A DNA stretch of 64,000 nucleotides, from contig NIVC01000125.1 in the NCBI GenBank assembly GCA_002269645.1, positions 1 through 64,000 on the forward strand, given 5' to 3'. The DNA comes from Macrostomum lignano. Lineage: Eukaryota. A program made the translations under genes and the position numbers. Every line of letters starts with the position of its first letter. The first letter of the stretch is position 1. Below the pieces are notes generated by a model. That model saw only the letters and a program-made list of their open reading frames with translations, was not told where the DNA came from and made no database searches. Below are positions 25,615 to 39,288 of this stretch, one piece after another.

Positions 25615-27348
25615 ATGAGTGGCATGCGCCTCGACTGCAAAATCTATGTTGGCGAACTGCCCAGAGACGCTGAGGAACGAGAAATTCAACGCGCTTTCAA
25701 ATCCTACGGCCGCGTTCGCAACGTTTGGGTTGCGCGCAACCCTCCAGGGTTCGCGTTTGTAGAGATGGAAGATCCTAGAGATGCAGAAAAGGTAACCGAT
25801 AGTTTCCAGAATCTCGTGTTGTTCCACTACTGCTTCAGATTCTTTAAGTCTAACTAGATTGTAGCTAATAGAAATTCGCCCCGCCATTACATTTTTGTCA
25901 ATCCATTGAGAAAAAATAAACGCAATAGATACTACTTAAAACAAAATGCTAAATGCTAAAATGCTAGTGTTTTACATGTTTAATTAAATTAAAGGCGGCC
26001 AGATCGCTAGACGGCTCTGTAATTTGCGGCGTTCGAGCCCGTGTAGAAATGTCAAGCGGCCGGTCGCGGCCAAAATCTCGTCGCGGCTTCGATCCGGACG
26101 ATCGCTGCTACGATTGCGGCGCTCGCGGCCACTACGCTTATAACTGTCCGAAAACTGGGCGTGGCAGAGGCGCCGCCGCCAACGGGCGCGATGGCAGTCG
26201 AGAGAGACGGCGCGGCAGGTGAGCAAAAATGCAAACTGCAAGCTATAATTTGCGTACGAACCGGTCTTATAGTATTTTTGCAGTTAAACTTGTTAGTATG
26301 TAAGTGGCGATATTCTACTTGAGACACACATTGACAGTTCTTTACACATGCCTGATTCAAGCGTGTGAAGTTTTAGTGCGTGTTTCCTGTAGCCAGTATA
26401 AAAGTGACTCTAAAAGTTGCTCATGTGTCTGTATTCAGAGGCCAAGCATTTATCAAAAGTTTCAATAAAGCTAGTTTCAAGAGAAGGAAATACCAATCTC
26501 GGAGAATTTTCTGTGATTTTTAAAACTTTTAATACAGTTAGCACTGCTCTTCAATTTTATAGACAAAAAATCGCCTTTCGAATACGTTTCTAGCTGATCT
26601 GCACTAAGTCATCGCGCCCGATACGTTAATAGCTTGGAGTTCACCTCTCGAGCTCTCGGCAACCTATATGCCATTTGCCGTTCGATTCTGACCTTCTCTG
26701 TATGCCCATTGCATCTTGGCGCCTGCATACTGCAGTCAGCTTGTCGAGACGGCAGCCAACTGATCCGACCGGCTGCCCGATCCGCGGCTGTCTTCTCTCT
26801 TCCTTTTCTGCAGCTGCGTGCCTAGCTACAACTGGCCTGGTCTTCCGTTTCCATTCTCCCTCTGCTGCTCTTCGACTCGACTGCATACGCAACGGAAGTT
26901 GAGAGTCGCGTTGCAAGCTCACCTCTCGCTGCATGACACAACTGCACAGTCTCCGACGGAGCCAAGGAGAAGAGGAGACAAATTAAGGGAATTTCTCGGG
27001 ATCTGAGGGAGTTTGGAGCCGCGGCAGTTATCATTGTTTGCTTCGTTGCAGCAATCAGCAGTTAATCTTCTCTACACTCATCAAATCTGAGTATCAAGTG
27101 TAAAAATTGTGCATTAATATTTTATTACAATTTGCTGCTATTGCGTGATGCCTTATCCAGCATAATTATACTTCTGGGTGATTCGTAATTTGATTTATAG
27201 ATATTCTTATTAATGAAGTCGCCAGCTAGCTATAAGGAAGCAGCCTGTTCGTTAATTTTTTTCCAGACGCAGCCCATCCAATTCGGATCGCAGCGATAGT
27301 CGCAGCCGCAGTCGCAGCCGCTCGCCGCCGCTGCGTAGGAAGCGTTGA
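25615..27348 (+). CDS. SRSF7: SR splicing factor with RRM, CCHC zinc knuckle and short RS domain, 3 coding exons, ~160 aa
   Basis: Exons 25615-25791, 25995-26218, 27267-27348 (483 nt). [31 protein letters not shown]|[30 protein letters not shown]. Confidence 0.88.
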
Positions 27349-29295
27349 AGAATTTCCTTGTCGGCAGAGAACTGCAGCGTGAAATTGGTGAGTACAGAGA
27401 ACGACATAATTAGCTTGACTTCATTTTCAGCTTAGTAGTGATTGCCTTTTGAGTTTAAGTTTACACCAAACACTGCTTTCAGAATTTGTCATCTGTAAGG
27501 AGCTACAATTGCGGTTTCAGTGCAACTGCAGAATGTGTTGAACAATTTATAGCCCATATACTCTACATAATTGAACATTGATGTTGAGCAATTCGCAACA
27601 ATATTACTGTTGATTTTCACTCATTCTCTTTAGTCACGTTGAACCACAGATACTAAAATGACTAGACTCAGGCATAAAGGGTACGTTAGGGTTAGGGTTA
27701 GGGTAGTAAAACAGCTTTCTACTTTCAGTTCAGTAGCAAAGAAGAATACATAAGCTATTTTATAGAAATAAAGGCAGCTGAAATGACTTGAATAAGCTTG
27801 AATAAGAAATAATGACTTTGATAAGCTTAGAAGCCAAGCTTGCAGGCGCAAACAACTTGCTTATTGGTTCAGCAATAATGTACATTGGCCAGTCCACTGA
27901 AATGTACATGGCAGTTTTAGGCTGGAATTCCGATAAAGGCAATAAAATTGGGGCGGGACGGGGGTAGCGTGGAAAGGCGCGATTGGAGGGTTTAGAAGTT
28001 GGAAGTTAGAAGTTGAGGGTAAGAGCCAATAAATGAGCCTTATCTTTAAAAATACATTAAAATGCTTCAGTTTAACTTACTACTGAACTGAAAGTAGCTT
28101 ACATGCAAATGTGCTGAGTGGCTCATCTGGTTATTCTAGTATTTGTGCGTTGAACCAGTAGATTTCGGTCTCTGAAAACAGTATATAAAATTAAGGATTT
28201 ATTACACACCACTTGACACCCATTTGTCCCATTGTTTTATGCTGCTTTATCACTTTCTCGCAGCCAATGCCCAAGTTATCCTGCATAAAGCCTAAAAATA
28301 ATGAAAAAACAAACAAATACACTCACGTCCTTTTAATTATTAGATGTCTGTGCTTTAAAATTATTTAAAAAGGCTTTGTTATACGAATTTAAATCATTAA
28401 TAAATGTATAATTAGTATTGTAGAGACTCATTCACCGAGCGTAGCACACAGCACAACAGTCTGCTTGCTTAGAAAGAATATAGAATATACGAGCGCAGGG
28501 ATGCCAAATAGCACTGTGATTCTGATGCTTCAAAAACGCAGCTGGTATAGTGCTGGGTGTAGTTTTTCTGCAAGGCTCCAGAAACAGACTTTACTGGGCA
28601 TAGGAAATCGATCTTTAGCTGTCTTTAACGTTAGCAAATAAATAATCCAATGCAGGCCTACGTGTACTTCGTCTGGTAGAAAGGCGGGCCGTTGATAAAA
28701 TAAAGCCTCCTATTCTGACTCACGACTCCGACCCAATAGGGCTGGTAATGGCTGGCCTGCAGCAAGTTATACATGTACATGTGGCACAGAAGGGCCGTTT
28801 AGTAAAAGTTTTGGTAAAACGTTGCAATTTTTCATGAAACGCCGTAGCGGACCGAGCAAAACAGTTTGTCACGGCTGCAGCGGTCACTGTCAAACTGGCG
28901 GGTTGGAGGTTGGAGCCAGCCGGTCGGATCGCTAGACGAAGCGGTCAGCTAAATAAGATTGGAGTAGGAGTCGTCCAGACTAAGGAGTATTGTGTACTGC
29001 ACGGTGTCATCTGTTGAAGGTGCCGACGGCGTCGGAATGCTTGAGATGTCCAGCAGTTGAGGTTTTGCCCACTGTAAAGGCTTGATCAGAGAAACTCTAG
29101 AAATTCACACCAGGGGTTATCTATATAGTCACCTGCTGCCGCCTGTTAAAGGTCCAGAAGCTCTACCTTCCTGGGTGAAGACCAGTGACCAACGAATTCA
29201 GAGCTGATGCAGACACGTGGTCGACGTGCTGATGGAATTTGGAGGCTTGGCAAGGTTGCACTGAGGCAGTGTTGATTGGCTGAATACACTGGCGC

Positions 29296-32200
29296 TACTA
29301 CGTATCGTGCAGATAAGTGTTGATTTTCAGATGTTTTGACGCAAAAAACGCAAATTATACTACTATCTGAAAATGAAGTAAGTAGTATACAAAAACGCTA
29401 TCCTAAGCGTGATATGGCAATATGTAGTTGTAATAATCCATGTGCTCATATATGTACATTAATTCCATGTTCAATAATCCCTATCTATCTCAAATTGGAT
29501 ATGTACATTAATTCCATGTACATTAATCCCTATCCCAAATTGTCTATCCCCAATTCTATATGTACACTTACATTAATCTACAGTGTCATCCCCAGACGGT
29601 CTGAGCGCGCACCAAAATTACATGTACAATACTACATGTACGCAGAGGCGAGAATTACTAATCTCATCTACTACCAAATGAGTCAACACACAGTGTAGCT
29701 CACAACGTAAATGTATATTTCCAATGTACATTTCTCAGACAGATTTGAATAATACTGATCGGAGTCTATATGTACATCGATAGCCTCTATACTCATATCC
29801 GCTACATACTCCAAAAATTAGGTATGTACATTTTCACCCTCGGAGACTGTAGGTTTGAATATGCTGATAATTTATTCAAAATCACTTATAAAATACACAT
29901 ACTTTCATATAGAGGCGGGCCTGTACAAACTCGCCAAGCGATGGGGTGGAGGTTGCGTCATCCAAGCCTCTCCCCAAGTCAGACCCCAAATGCAGGACTG
30001 TGTTGAAGCAGTGCTTTATATTTCTATATTGACAGTGTGGATGATACAAGACCTTTAATTGGTAATTATCAACTGCTACTGCTTTACGGTATATCCTCAC
30101 CCCTCGAAGCCCTATACTGAATGTTGAATCACCCTTTAACTCGGACCATAGTCAAATTCAACCCTGTTCGAAAACAGCCACCCCTCCGATGTTCACCAGA
30201 CACAGCGCAGACCCCATAACAAATCGAGCTAAATTTTAACACTCGCCCCTGTTTTCTCTGTCCCCCCTTCTAAATGCCAAGGAATTTCGACCCTCTCTCC
30301 ATTTTCAGTGTACAGACAGATCTTTCCACAGCACAGACCCTATATTAAACTTCAAAACCCCGCTCTTCTCCGATTACGTCATCCATGCCGCCCCAGATAG
30401 CAAGAAACCAACTTTTAATGCACACATCAACCCCCGCGAGCAAATCCGAGTCCGCCAACCTCTACCTGCATTGACAAACCCCAGCTGCATTTGTAAATGT
30501 ACACAGCCTATGAATCAGTGTCTCCACCGCATGCAATTCTGATTTACTTGATTCTAAACTTTGTAAATTGTATAAGTCACCCTTGCGTTATACTAGAAGT
30601 AGTGAAGTCCACATATTTAAATACGTGAGGCTATTCAATTCTGCCTCTCCGCCTCCCCTACCTTCTCACTTCAAGCTTTCAGACTTGGTCTTTGAGACGG
30701 TCGGTTTAATCTGTTAGAAGCAGGAATGAATCATGCACTGACCTCTCCATACAAAGTAAAGTTGGAATTTCAGACAAGAAATTTGGTTATTTTAAAAGCT
30801 AAATGACTAGAAATGCACATTTTTTTCATTAAAATGCAGCTTTTTACAGTTTTTTTACGATTTTAACCTTAAAATGCAGACTTTGTTGATCAAAATCAGT
30901 AGTTTCATCACTAGAAACCATACTTTCAACAGCTAATTTGTCCAAATGTCGCTTTCAACTTGACCTTAGACTGCTTTTAAGCAGGAATGAACCCCACACA
31001 AACATCCACAAGCCAGCCCAAAATCATCCAAAGACATGGCTATTGAAGCCTAAATTGCTAGAAATGCGCATTTTTTTTCATAAGAAAATACAAATTTTCA
31101 CATTAAAATGCAGACTTTATTGATCAAAATCAGTAGTTTCATCACTAGAAACCATACTTTCAGCAACTAATTTGTCCAAATATCGCTTTCAACTTGACCT
31201 TAGACAGCTTTTAAGCAGGAATGAACCCCCCACGAACATACACAAGCTAGCCCAAAATCATCCAAAGACGGCTGGCTGTTGAAGACTAAATTGCTAGAAA
31301 TGAGCATTTTTTCATAAGAAAACACAAATTTTCACAGTTTTTACGCATTTTTTACGTTAAAATGCAGACTTTATTGATCAAAATCAGTAGTTTCATCACT
31401 AAAAACCACAATTTTAACACAAAATTATCACAAATTCTACTTCTGGAACTCTGAGACAGCTTTGAGCAGGAATTATAATCGCACACGGATTACCCGAGCC
31501 AGTCCAATTTTCACTAAAGCCATGGTTTTTTTAAAGCTACTGGTAATTCTTAGAATTTCTCATTCTTTCGTTTAATAAAGGCCAATTTTCACAGTTTTAT
31601 TATTTTCTAACGTTAAAATGCGAAATGCGAATTGATCAAACTTAGTAGTTTCATCCCAAAAGCCATAATTTCAACCGCTAATTTGTCCAAATGCTGAGTT
31701 CAAAGTTGGCAAGAGACAGCTTTCGAGCAGGAATGAGTCACACACTGATCTCCATATGCACACCCCGGCCCAAGTTGGAATTCCACCCAAGACATTTTCA
31801 TTGAAAGCTAAATTACTAGAAATTGCACATTTTCGTTTTAAAAAGGTCAATTTTCACAGTTTTTACTCTTTTTAACGTTAAAATGCTGACTTTATTAAAC
31901 AAAATTAATCACTTCATCAGCAGAAACCATAATTTTTACAACTTAATCGTCAAAATGCTGTTTCATCATTCAAATGTATGTATTTGGTACATGTAATACC
32001 CCTCAAGAAGTCAGGGAAGGGATTATTCTTGAATATTGGGTTAAAACGTACAGTTTGCTATAAACCTAGCTATAATAATTTTAACATATACAGTCGGCGA
32101 AGCGGCCCGTTGATTTCGATTGGCATTTAAACTGTCCCTCCCAGACCTCTCTCTCTCTCCTTCTGCACCCACCGAGAAAAGTGACTCATGCGGCAATCAG

Positions 32201-35200
32201 TTTGACAGGTTTAGTAATATTACTGAATTGGCAAAACAGCCAACACCCAATGGTCATATTAGACTCGTCTTCACAGCACAGACCCATGTAGAACAGAACC
32301 ACTCGTCCCTGTCTCTCTGACCTTACCATTTCTAACTGTCAAGGTATTCCGACCCTCCCTCTCCAATTTCAGTGTACAAACAGATATTTTCACAGCACGG
32401 ACCCATATATTGAGCCTCCTCCAACCAAAACCCTATCTTGATTACGTCATCCACCTCCCCCATAGGAGCAGTTAGCAAGAAACAAAATTTTTCGATGCAC
32501 ATATGAACACTGTGGAACCATGCAAAATCGCACATCTACGGGTCGATTTTGATTGACAATTTAATACCTTTTGTTGATGCTGCTGTGTACAGTAGTCTTA
32601 TTTCCGAAGCTCCTAGCAGTCATCTTTTAGATGTGGTGAATCAGTGTTGTTTTTGCCAACTTTACATCTTGATTCATCCTCCAAATTCTTCAACTCTGAC
32701 CATATTCAATAATTTAACCCATGCAAGTAGATTTGCCAATTCGCCAAATTAGCCAATACGAATGGGGCCAGAGGACCCACCCAAATCGAGCCCTTGTCTC
32801 TCTCAGGCCTCTCTCTCCTACACATACCCCAGAAAAGTGACTCATGAGGCAATCAGTTTAACAGGTTCAGTATACTGAATTGGCAAAACAGCAAACACCC
32901 AATGGTCAATGGACTCGTTGACCCAATTTGACCCAACCAAAGCCCTATCTCTGATTACGTCATCTATACATCCCCATAGAAGCAGTTAGCAAGAAAAAAA
33001 TTTCGATGCACATATATGAACAATGCGAACCAAGCAAATCCGCGCGTCTACCAAAGCCAACCCTACCCTGCGTGCTGTAATTGCATTTGTCAATGTACAC
33101 ACCCTATGAATCAGTGTCTCCTTCTTTGGAACACACGAAGGCATTAGTCAGAAAGTTTGGATGCAATTAAAAACTCTCTCGATGCTTTGCGTATAAACGA
33201 GTAATCGATTGAATCAATTGTACACTTGACACATTTAATTACGTGCTGCCATGCAACGGAAACAGCATTTTGACGATTAAGTTGTAAAAATTATGGTTTC
33301 TGCTGATGAAGTGATTAATTTTGTTTAATAAAGTCAGCATTTTAACGTTAAAAAGAGTAAAAACTGTGAAAATTGACCTTTTTAAAACGAAAATGTGCAA
33401 TTTCTAGTAATTTAGCTTTCAATGAAAATGTCTTGGGTGGAATTCCAACTTGGGCCGGGGTGTGCATATGGAGATCAGTGTGTGACTCATTCCTGCTCGA
33501 AAGCTGTCTCTTGCCAACTTTGAACTCAGCATTTGGACAAATTAGCGGTTGAAATTATGGCTTTTGGGATGAAACTACTAAGTTTGATCAATTCGCATTT
33601 CGCATTTTAACGTTAGAAAATAATAAAACTGTGAAAATTGGCCTTTATTAAACGAAAGAATGAGAAATTCTAAGAATTACCAGTAGCTTTAAAAAAACCA
33701 TGGCTTTAGTGAAAATTGGACTGGCTCGGGTAATCCGTGTGCGATTATAATTCCTGCTCAAAGCTGTCTCAGAGTTCCAGAAGTAGAATTTGTGATAATT
33801 TTGTGTTAAAATTGTGGTTTTTAGTGATGAAACTACTGATTTTGATCAATAAAGTCTGCATTTTAACGTAAAAAATGCGTAAAAACTGTGAAAATTTGTG
33901 TTTTCTTATGAAAAAATGCTCATTTCTAGCAATTTAGTCTTCAACAGCCAGCCGTCTTTGGATGATTTTGGGCTAGCTTGTGTATGTTCGTGGGGGTTCA
34001 TTCCTGCTTAAAAGCTGTCTAAGGTCAAGTTGAAAGCGATATTTGGACAAATTAGTTGCTGAAAGTATGGTTTCTAGTGATGAAACTACTGATTTTGATC
34101 AATAAAGTCTGCATTTTAATGTGAAAATTTGTATTTTCTTATGAAAAAAAATGCGCATTTCTAGCAATTTAGGCTTCAATAGCCATGTCTTTGGATGATT
34201 TTGGGCTGGCTTGTGGATGTTTGTGTGGGGTTCATTCCTGCTTAAAAGCAGTCTAAGGTCAAGTTGAAAGCGACATTTGGACAAATTAGCTGTTGAAAGT
34301 ATGGTTTCTAGTGATGAAACTACTGATTTTGATCAACAAAGTCTGCATTTTAAGGTTAAAATCGTAAAAAAACTGTAAAAAGCTGCATTTTAATGAAAAA
34401 AATGTGCATTTCTAGTCATTTAGCTTTTAAAATAACCAAATTTCTTGTCTGAAATTCCAACTTTACTTTGTATGGAGAGGTCAGTGCATGATTCATTCCT
34501 GCTTCTAACAGATTAAACCGACCGTCTCAAAGACCAAGTCTGAAAGCTTGAAGTGAGAAGGTAGGGGAGGCGGAGAGGCAGAATTGAATAGCCTCACGTA
34601 TTTAAATATGTGGACTTCACTACTTCTAGTATAACGCAAGGGTGACTTATACAATTTACAAAGTTTAGAATCAAGTAAATCAGAATTGCATGCGGTGGAG
34701 ACACTGATTCATAGGCTGTGTACATTTACAAATGCAGCTGGGGTTTGTCAATGCAGGTAGAGGTTGGCGGACTCGGATTTGCTCGCGGGGGTTGATGTGT
34801 GCATTAAAAGTTGGTTTCTTGCTATCTGGGGCGGCATGGATGACGTAATCGGAGAAGAGCGGGGTTTTGAAGTTTAATATAGGGTCTGTGCTGTGGAAAG
34901 ATCTGTCTGTACACTGAAAATGGAGAGAGGGTCGAAATTCCTTGGCATTTAGAAGGGGGGACAGAGAAAACAGGGGCGAGTGTTAAAATTTAGCTCGATT
35001 TGTTATGGGGTCTGCGCTGTGTCTGGTGAACATCGGAGGGGTGGCTGTTTTCGAACAGGGTTGAATTTGACTATGGTCCGAGTTAAAGGGTGATTCAACA
35101 TTCAGTATAGGGGCTTCGAGGGGTGAGGATATACCGTAAAGCAGTAGCAGTTGATAATTACCAATTAAAGGTCTTGTATCATCCACACTGTCAATATAGA

Positions 35201-35928
35201 AATATAAAGCACTGCTTCAACACAGTCCTGCATTTGGGGTCTGACTTGGGGAGAGGCTTGGATGACGCAACCTCCACCCCATCGCTTGGCGAGTTTGTAC
35301 AGGCCCGCCTCTATATGAAAGTATGTGTATTTTATAAGTGATTTTGAATAAATTATCAGCATATTCAAACCTACAGTCTCCGAGGGTGAAAATGTACATA
35401 TACCTAATTTTTGGAGTATGTAGCGGATATGAGTATAGAGGCTATCGATGTACATATAGACTCCGATCAGTATTATTCAAATCTGTCTGAGAAATGTACA
35501 TTGGAAATATACATTTACGTTGTGAGCTACACTGTGTGTTGACTCATTTGGTAGTAGATGAGATTAGTAATTCTCGCCTCTGCGTACATGTAGTATTGTA
35601 CATGTAATTTTGGTGCGCGCTCAGACCGTCTGGGGATGACACTGTAGATTAATGTAAGTGTACATATAGAATTGGGGATAGACAATTTGGGATAGGGATT
35701 AATGTACATGGAATTAATGTACATATCCAATTTGAGATAGATAGGGATTATTGAACATGGAATTAATGTACATATATGAGCACATGGATTATTACAACTA
35801 CATATTGCCATATCACGCTTAGGATAGCGTTTTTGTATACTACTTACTTCATTTTCAGATAGTAGTATAATTTGCGTTTTTGCGTCAAAACATCTGAAAA
35901 TCAACACTTATCTGCACGATACGTAGTG
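29296..35928. mobile_element. 6.6-kb foldback element with ~2.67-kb inverted arms (possibly CMC/CACTA-Chapaev-type, non-autonomous)
   Basis: Arms 29296-31964 and 33259-35928; termini TACTACG.../...CGTAGTG flanked by GCGC on both sides; no transposase ORF seen. Confidence 0.8.
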
Positions 35929-36957
35929 GCGCTTATGGGAAAATCCGCCCTGGCAGAATCGTCGAATACACTATATCTGGATCGTCCGGGGGCGTTTGAG
36001 AAGGTGCGCAACAAAAATTTGGCCCGTGTTCTTAAATTTTGTGTGCCTGCGTTGCTCCGTTCCGGCGCAGCAAAGCAATTGTCAGGGCGGAAAATGCTTG
36101 GGACTCCTACTGTTAATGAAAGTATTAGCTACATGCATAGCATTGAAGCAGCATGCAGGTATCCGGCTGTCACATTGATTGGAAGTTTCATGTCGGTTCG
36201 GTTGCGCTGACGTTATCAGCGCATAATTACGTACAATATGTGTACTGAAAAAGTTTTTTGACGATGCCTTGCGAAATATTTAAAAAATTTTCTTGTATTT
36301 AAAATTTGCTGACATACTCCACAAATTCTACTAATAGTACTCGTAGCAGTACAATTGAAAAAATCAACAAAGAAAGAAAATTACCATTTGGGTTGAAAAT
36401 AATATATTTGTTCTCTGGGAATGTTTTTAGAATTGTAGCTGTGTAAAAAAACGTGAGAAAACAAGACAGTTAGGCTCTTTGGATTAAGAGATACTACTAG
36501 AAGTAATACATGTTTGGTACGAGACCTGATAAACATGATAGATATCTATGAGCTGTTATAGAAAATCTGTATTGAATAAAACAAATAGTTCAATAAGTTT
36601 ATTAGAGAAAACAAAACACTAATTAGGCGCTTTTTGTCATCTAACTACCATGCTATTAATAATGCCCGAATGAAATTGGGCTCAATCCAAATAAAACATA
36701 TGCGAATTGGTGCAGTTGTAAAAATACCAGTTATCCAGCTAATATAAGCCATTTATGGTGAAAACAAGCTTAGAATGCTTAAAATATTGAGTTTTTTATA
36801 AAAATTTGAAGTTTTTCTTATTAAAGTGCAAATTACCAAGACGTTGATGCTCGAACACAAACATCGAGTCAAAATATATTATAATGATCAATTTAAGTAA
36901 AAGTACAGTTTAACCGTGTCAATATAATAGCTGTAGCTATAGTTTTCAAAATAATTT

Positions 36958-39076
36958 TCATTTTTTGATCTCGCTTGGAGCATTGGCAGAGTCTGGCTGG
37001 TAGCCGGAGTTGTTGAAGTACTCGTAGTTGTACGGAGGCGGCTGCGGCTCCAACGGCTGCTGCTGCGGCACCGAGCTCGGGTTTGAGATTTGAGGAGGAG
37101 GCGGCTGCATCGAATTCGGGTAGGCGGCTGGAGCCTGCATCGGATTCGGGTAGGCGGCTGGAGCCTGCATCGGGTACGAGCCCGGAGGCGGTGGCGGATT
37201 GGCCGCGGACGCAACGGCAGCAACGGGTAATCCGCCCGCCATTTGGTTTCGGCGGGCCATCAGTCTGGAAGTTCGTTGTCGATAGATTCGATAGCCTAGA
37301 ATGGAGCCGCCCACGACAAAGATTAAGGCTAGGAAAGCTGGCCAGTAGCGCCTAAAAATCAGCGTCACTTCAGAGGGATTGGCCTCGGACCACTCTTTGA
37401 TGTAGAATGATAGTCTATTTGGATTGTAAAACTTGTTGGCCGGTGTGCCGCCTTTTGGAGCGGAGCACAGCTGGGCAAAGTTCGAGTAGCAGTCGGCTCG
37501 ATATAACGAGCCGGTCTGGTAAAAAACGCATGGACAGTCGCTTGTTCCTGAGCAGTACGATGGAGTCTTCGGCACGTCGTACAGCCTGTGGTGGGGTTGG
37601 TGCGATATGCTCTGTAACTGATTTATTTTTATTTATAGCGAGTTGTCTTAGTGACAAGCTGAGAAAATTCGTAAAAAAATAGCGCAGTGCATGGGCTTTT
37701 GGACTAAACACACGATGAATAAAAAATTAAAGCTTTAGTTTCGGAAAATAAATTTAGAAGTGCCCCGAGACAGCTTATTTTGGAGATTGTAGCCTAGTGG
37801 TTCGAGCGTTGGACTCACGACTGAAAGGTCGGGGGTTCGATTCTCGTCCCAGTTGGAACAATTTGTGTTCTTGAGCAAGATACTTAACTCTGCATTGCTT
37901 CAGTTCACCCTTTGGCGACATCGTCCAACAACCAGCACTGACGGCAACTCTGCCCATTCCGCTGACTCATGAGCACATGCTGGTACAAAGGCGCGGATAC
38001 TGTACGCTGGCACGCACGCATTCACATTGTGTACAGCGGCCCTGACTTTCTAATCGTCAGGCATGTACACTCTCTGTAACTCGGGGGTTGGCCTTCATGG
38101 CTGTGAATCGCACAACAACCTCCGTAAGCCAATCGCACGAGCCCCAAATGAATGAGCACGGAATCGAACCACAGAGGTCTCCGCGCGAGAGTCGAGCGCG
38201 TTTACCGATGAGCTGCCCTACCCCGCTTTTTTAGGAAGGCTTCAGTGCGATTGCCTACTAGACCTAATGTACATGCAACTTATGGTTAATCGCAAACTTC
38301 AGATCGATCTTAACTTAGGCCGGTTTTTAAGTGCTCTCAGTGAGCCGCCACCTGCTAGATCAATCGGACACTCACGACATGTGAAAGGGCTCGCCAGTGA
38401 GGAAGTACAACTTGGTATTCTTGGAGCTGTACTCCATGACGCCGACCCAGTAGGGCCTGCTGTCGGCAACCAGAGCCTCCAGGGTGCCTGTGCTTGTAAA
38501 GTCGATGGCGAGGTTCGCCTGCAGCATGCGGCACAGCTCAAACGCCTGGTCGAAGGTGACCAAATCGTTCTTTGCCGGGTTTCCGTAGCAGACGGAGCCG
38601 CTGCTGCGCCATCCGTACGGGCAGTCACCGCTAAAGATTGGCGCCACGGACAGCAGCGCCGAAGGCTCCATCGAAGGCGGAGCATCGGAGACCAGACGAG
38701 CCTCGAACCAGCTGCCGGATCCAACAATAAGATGCCGACAGCCAACTGTTGACGTAGATGAATTTGTCACCTTCAAAATCTGCGAACGGGTGGCGTTCCT
38801 GATGGTTAGCGAGTTCGATCCGGACAGCTGAAGGCTGTCAATAGCGACTGAGAAGCCGGTGCTGCTGCGGGTGGCGCTGAAGTTCAATGCGTGAACGAAG
38901 CTGGAGCAGCCGCTTGTGGCATTGACAGTCAGCTGGGCTGATGTGTGAGAGGAGATTCTCAGCTGTTGATAGCTCTGGCAGCGGGTGGCAGTCGCCGTGG
39001 CAACGATGCTGAGCGCCGTTGCCAGTAGCAACGGGAACGCGACCGGTGAAAATCGAGGATTCTGAAATGCGGCCAT
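36958..39076 (-). CDS. Paralogue A: signal peptide + CUB-like + C-type-lectin-like + TM + PPxY tail, ~442 aa
   Basis: Exons 39076-38376 and 37585-36958, phase-2 GT-AG intron; CPYGW..CYG..A...C...ANLA..YWVG; TM YWPAFLALIFVVGGSILGY; PPPY. Confidence 0.85.
37785..38150 (+). mobile_element. SINE head/core fused to a second dispersed repeat, in the intron of A
   Basis: A/B boxes and core as at 12569; from ~37905 matches 46690-46910, 43470-43720 (inverted) and 48270-48390. Confidence 0.7.
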
Positions 39077-39149
39077 TTCTAAGTGTATAAATTGAATGCT
39101 AACTCGAATCTATTTGAATAAACAGAAAATATAGTATACTGCTACTGCC

Positions 39150-39288
39150 TGATGGCTTAGTCGTTAGAGCGTCGGACTCAAGACTGAAAGGTCGGGGATT
39201 CGATTCTTGACTACTCACTCGGAACAATTTGTGTCCTTGAGCAAGAAAGTTAACTCTGCATTGCTTCAGTTCATCCAACTGTAAAATG
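39150..39288 (+). mobile_element. Truncated tRNA-derived SINE (head + core)
   Basis: Matches the copies at 12437-12569 and 37785-37905. Confidence 0.7.

Noticed and set aside
27686-27703. (TTAGGG)3 telomeric repeat
   Set aside because: Only three units, no junction or rearrangement signature.
28730-29290. Possible Gypsy integrase C-terminal remnant on the minus strand
   Set aside because: Only vague GP/LIKP-like words across stops; not supportable without a profile search.
29336-35907. Duplicated ORFs in the foldback arms
   Set aside because: Short, AT-rich, no recognisable motifs, and frames differ between arms through small indels.
37785-37860. tRNA genes (also 12500-12569, 39150-39220)
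   Set aside because: A/B boxes are present but acceptor and anticodon stems do not pair, and each continues into a SINE core.
38030-38070. Hammerhead ribozyme (minus-strand CTGACGA...GAAA; also ~48330)
   Set aside because: No stem II between the core halves; CCTGAC pairs with GTCAGG as a simple hairpin.
38267-38752. Antisense or alternate-frame ORFs over GC-rich exons (also 43927, 42308, 58327, 63063)
   Set aside because: Shadow ORFs expected from GC-rich codon usage; the family frame carries the conserved motifs.
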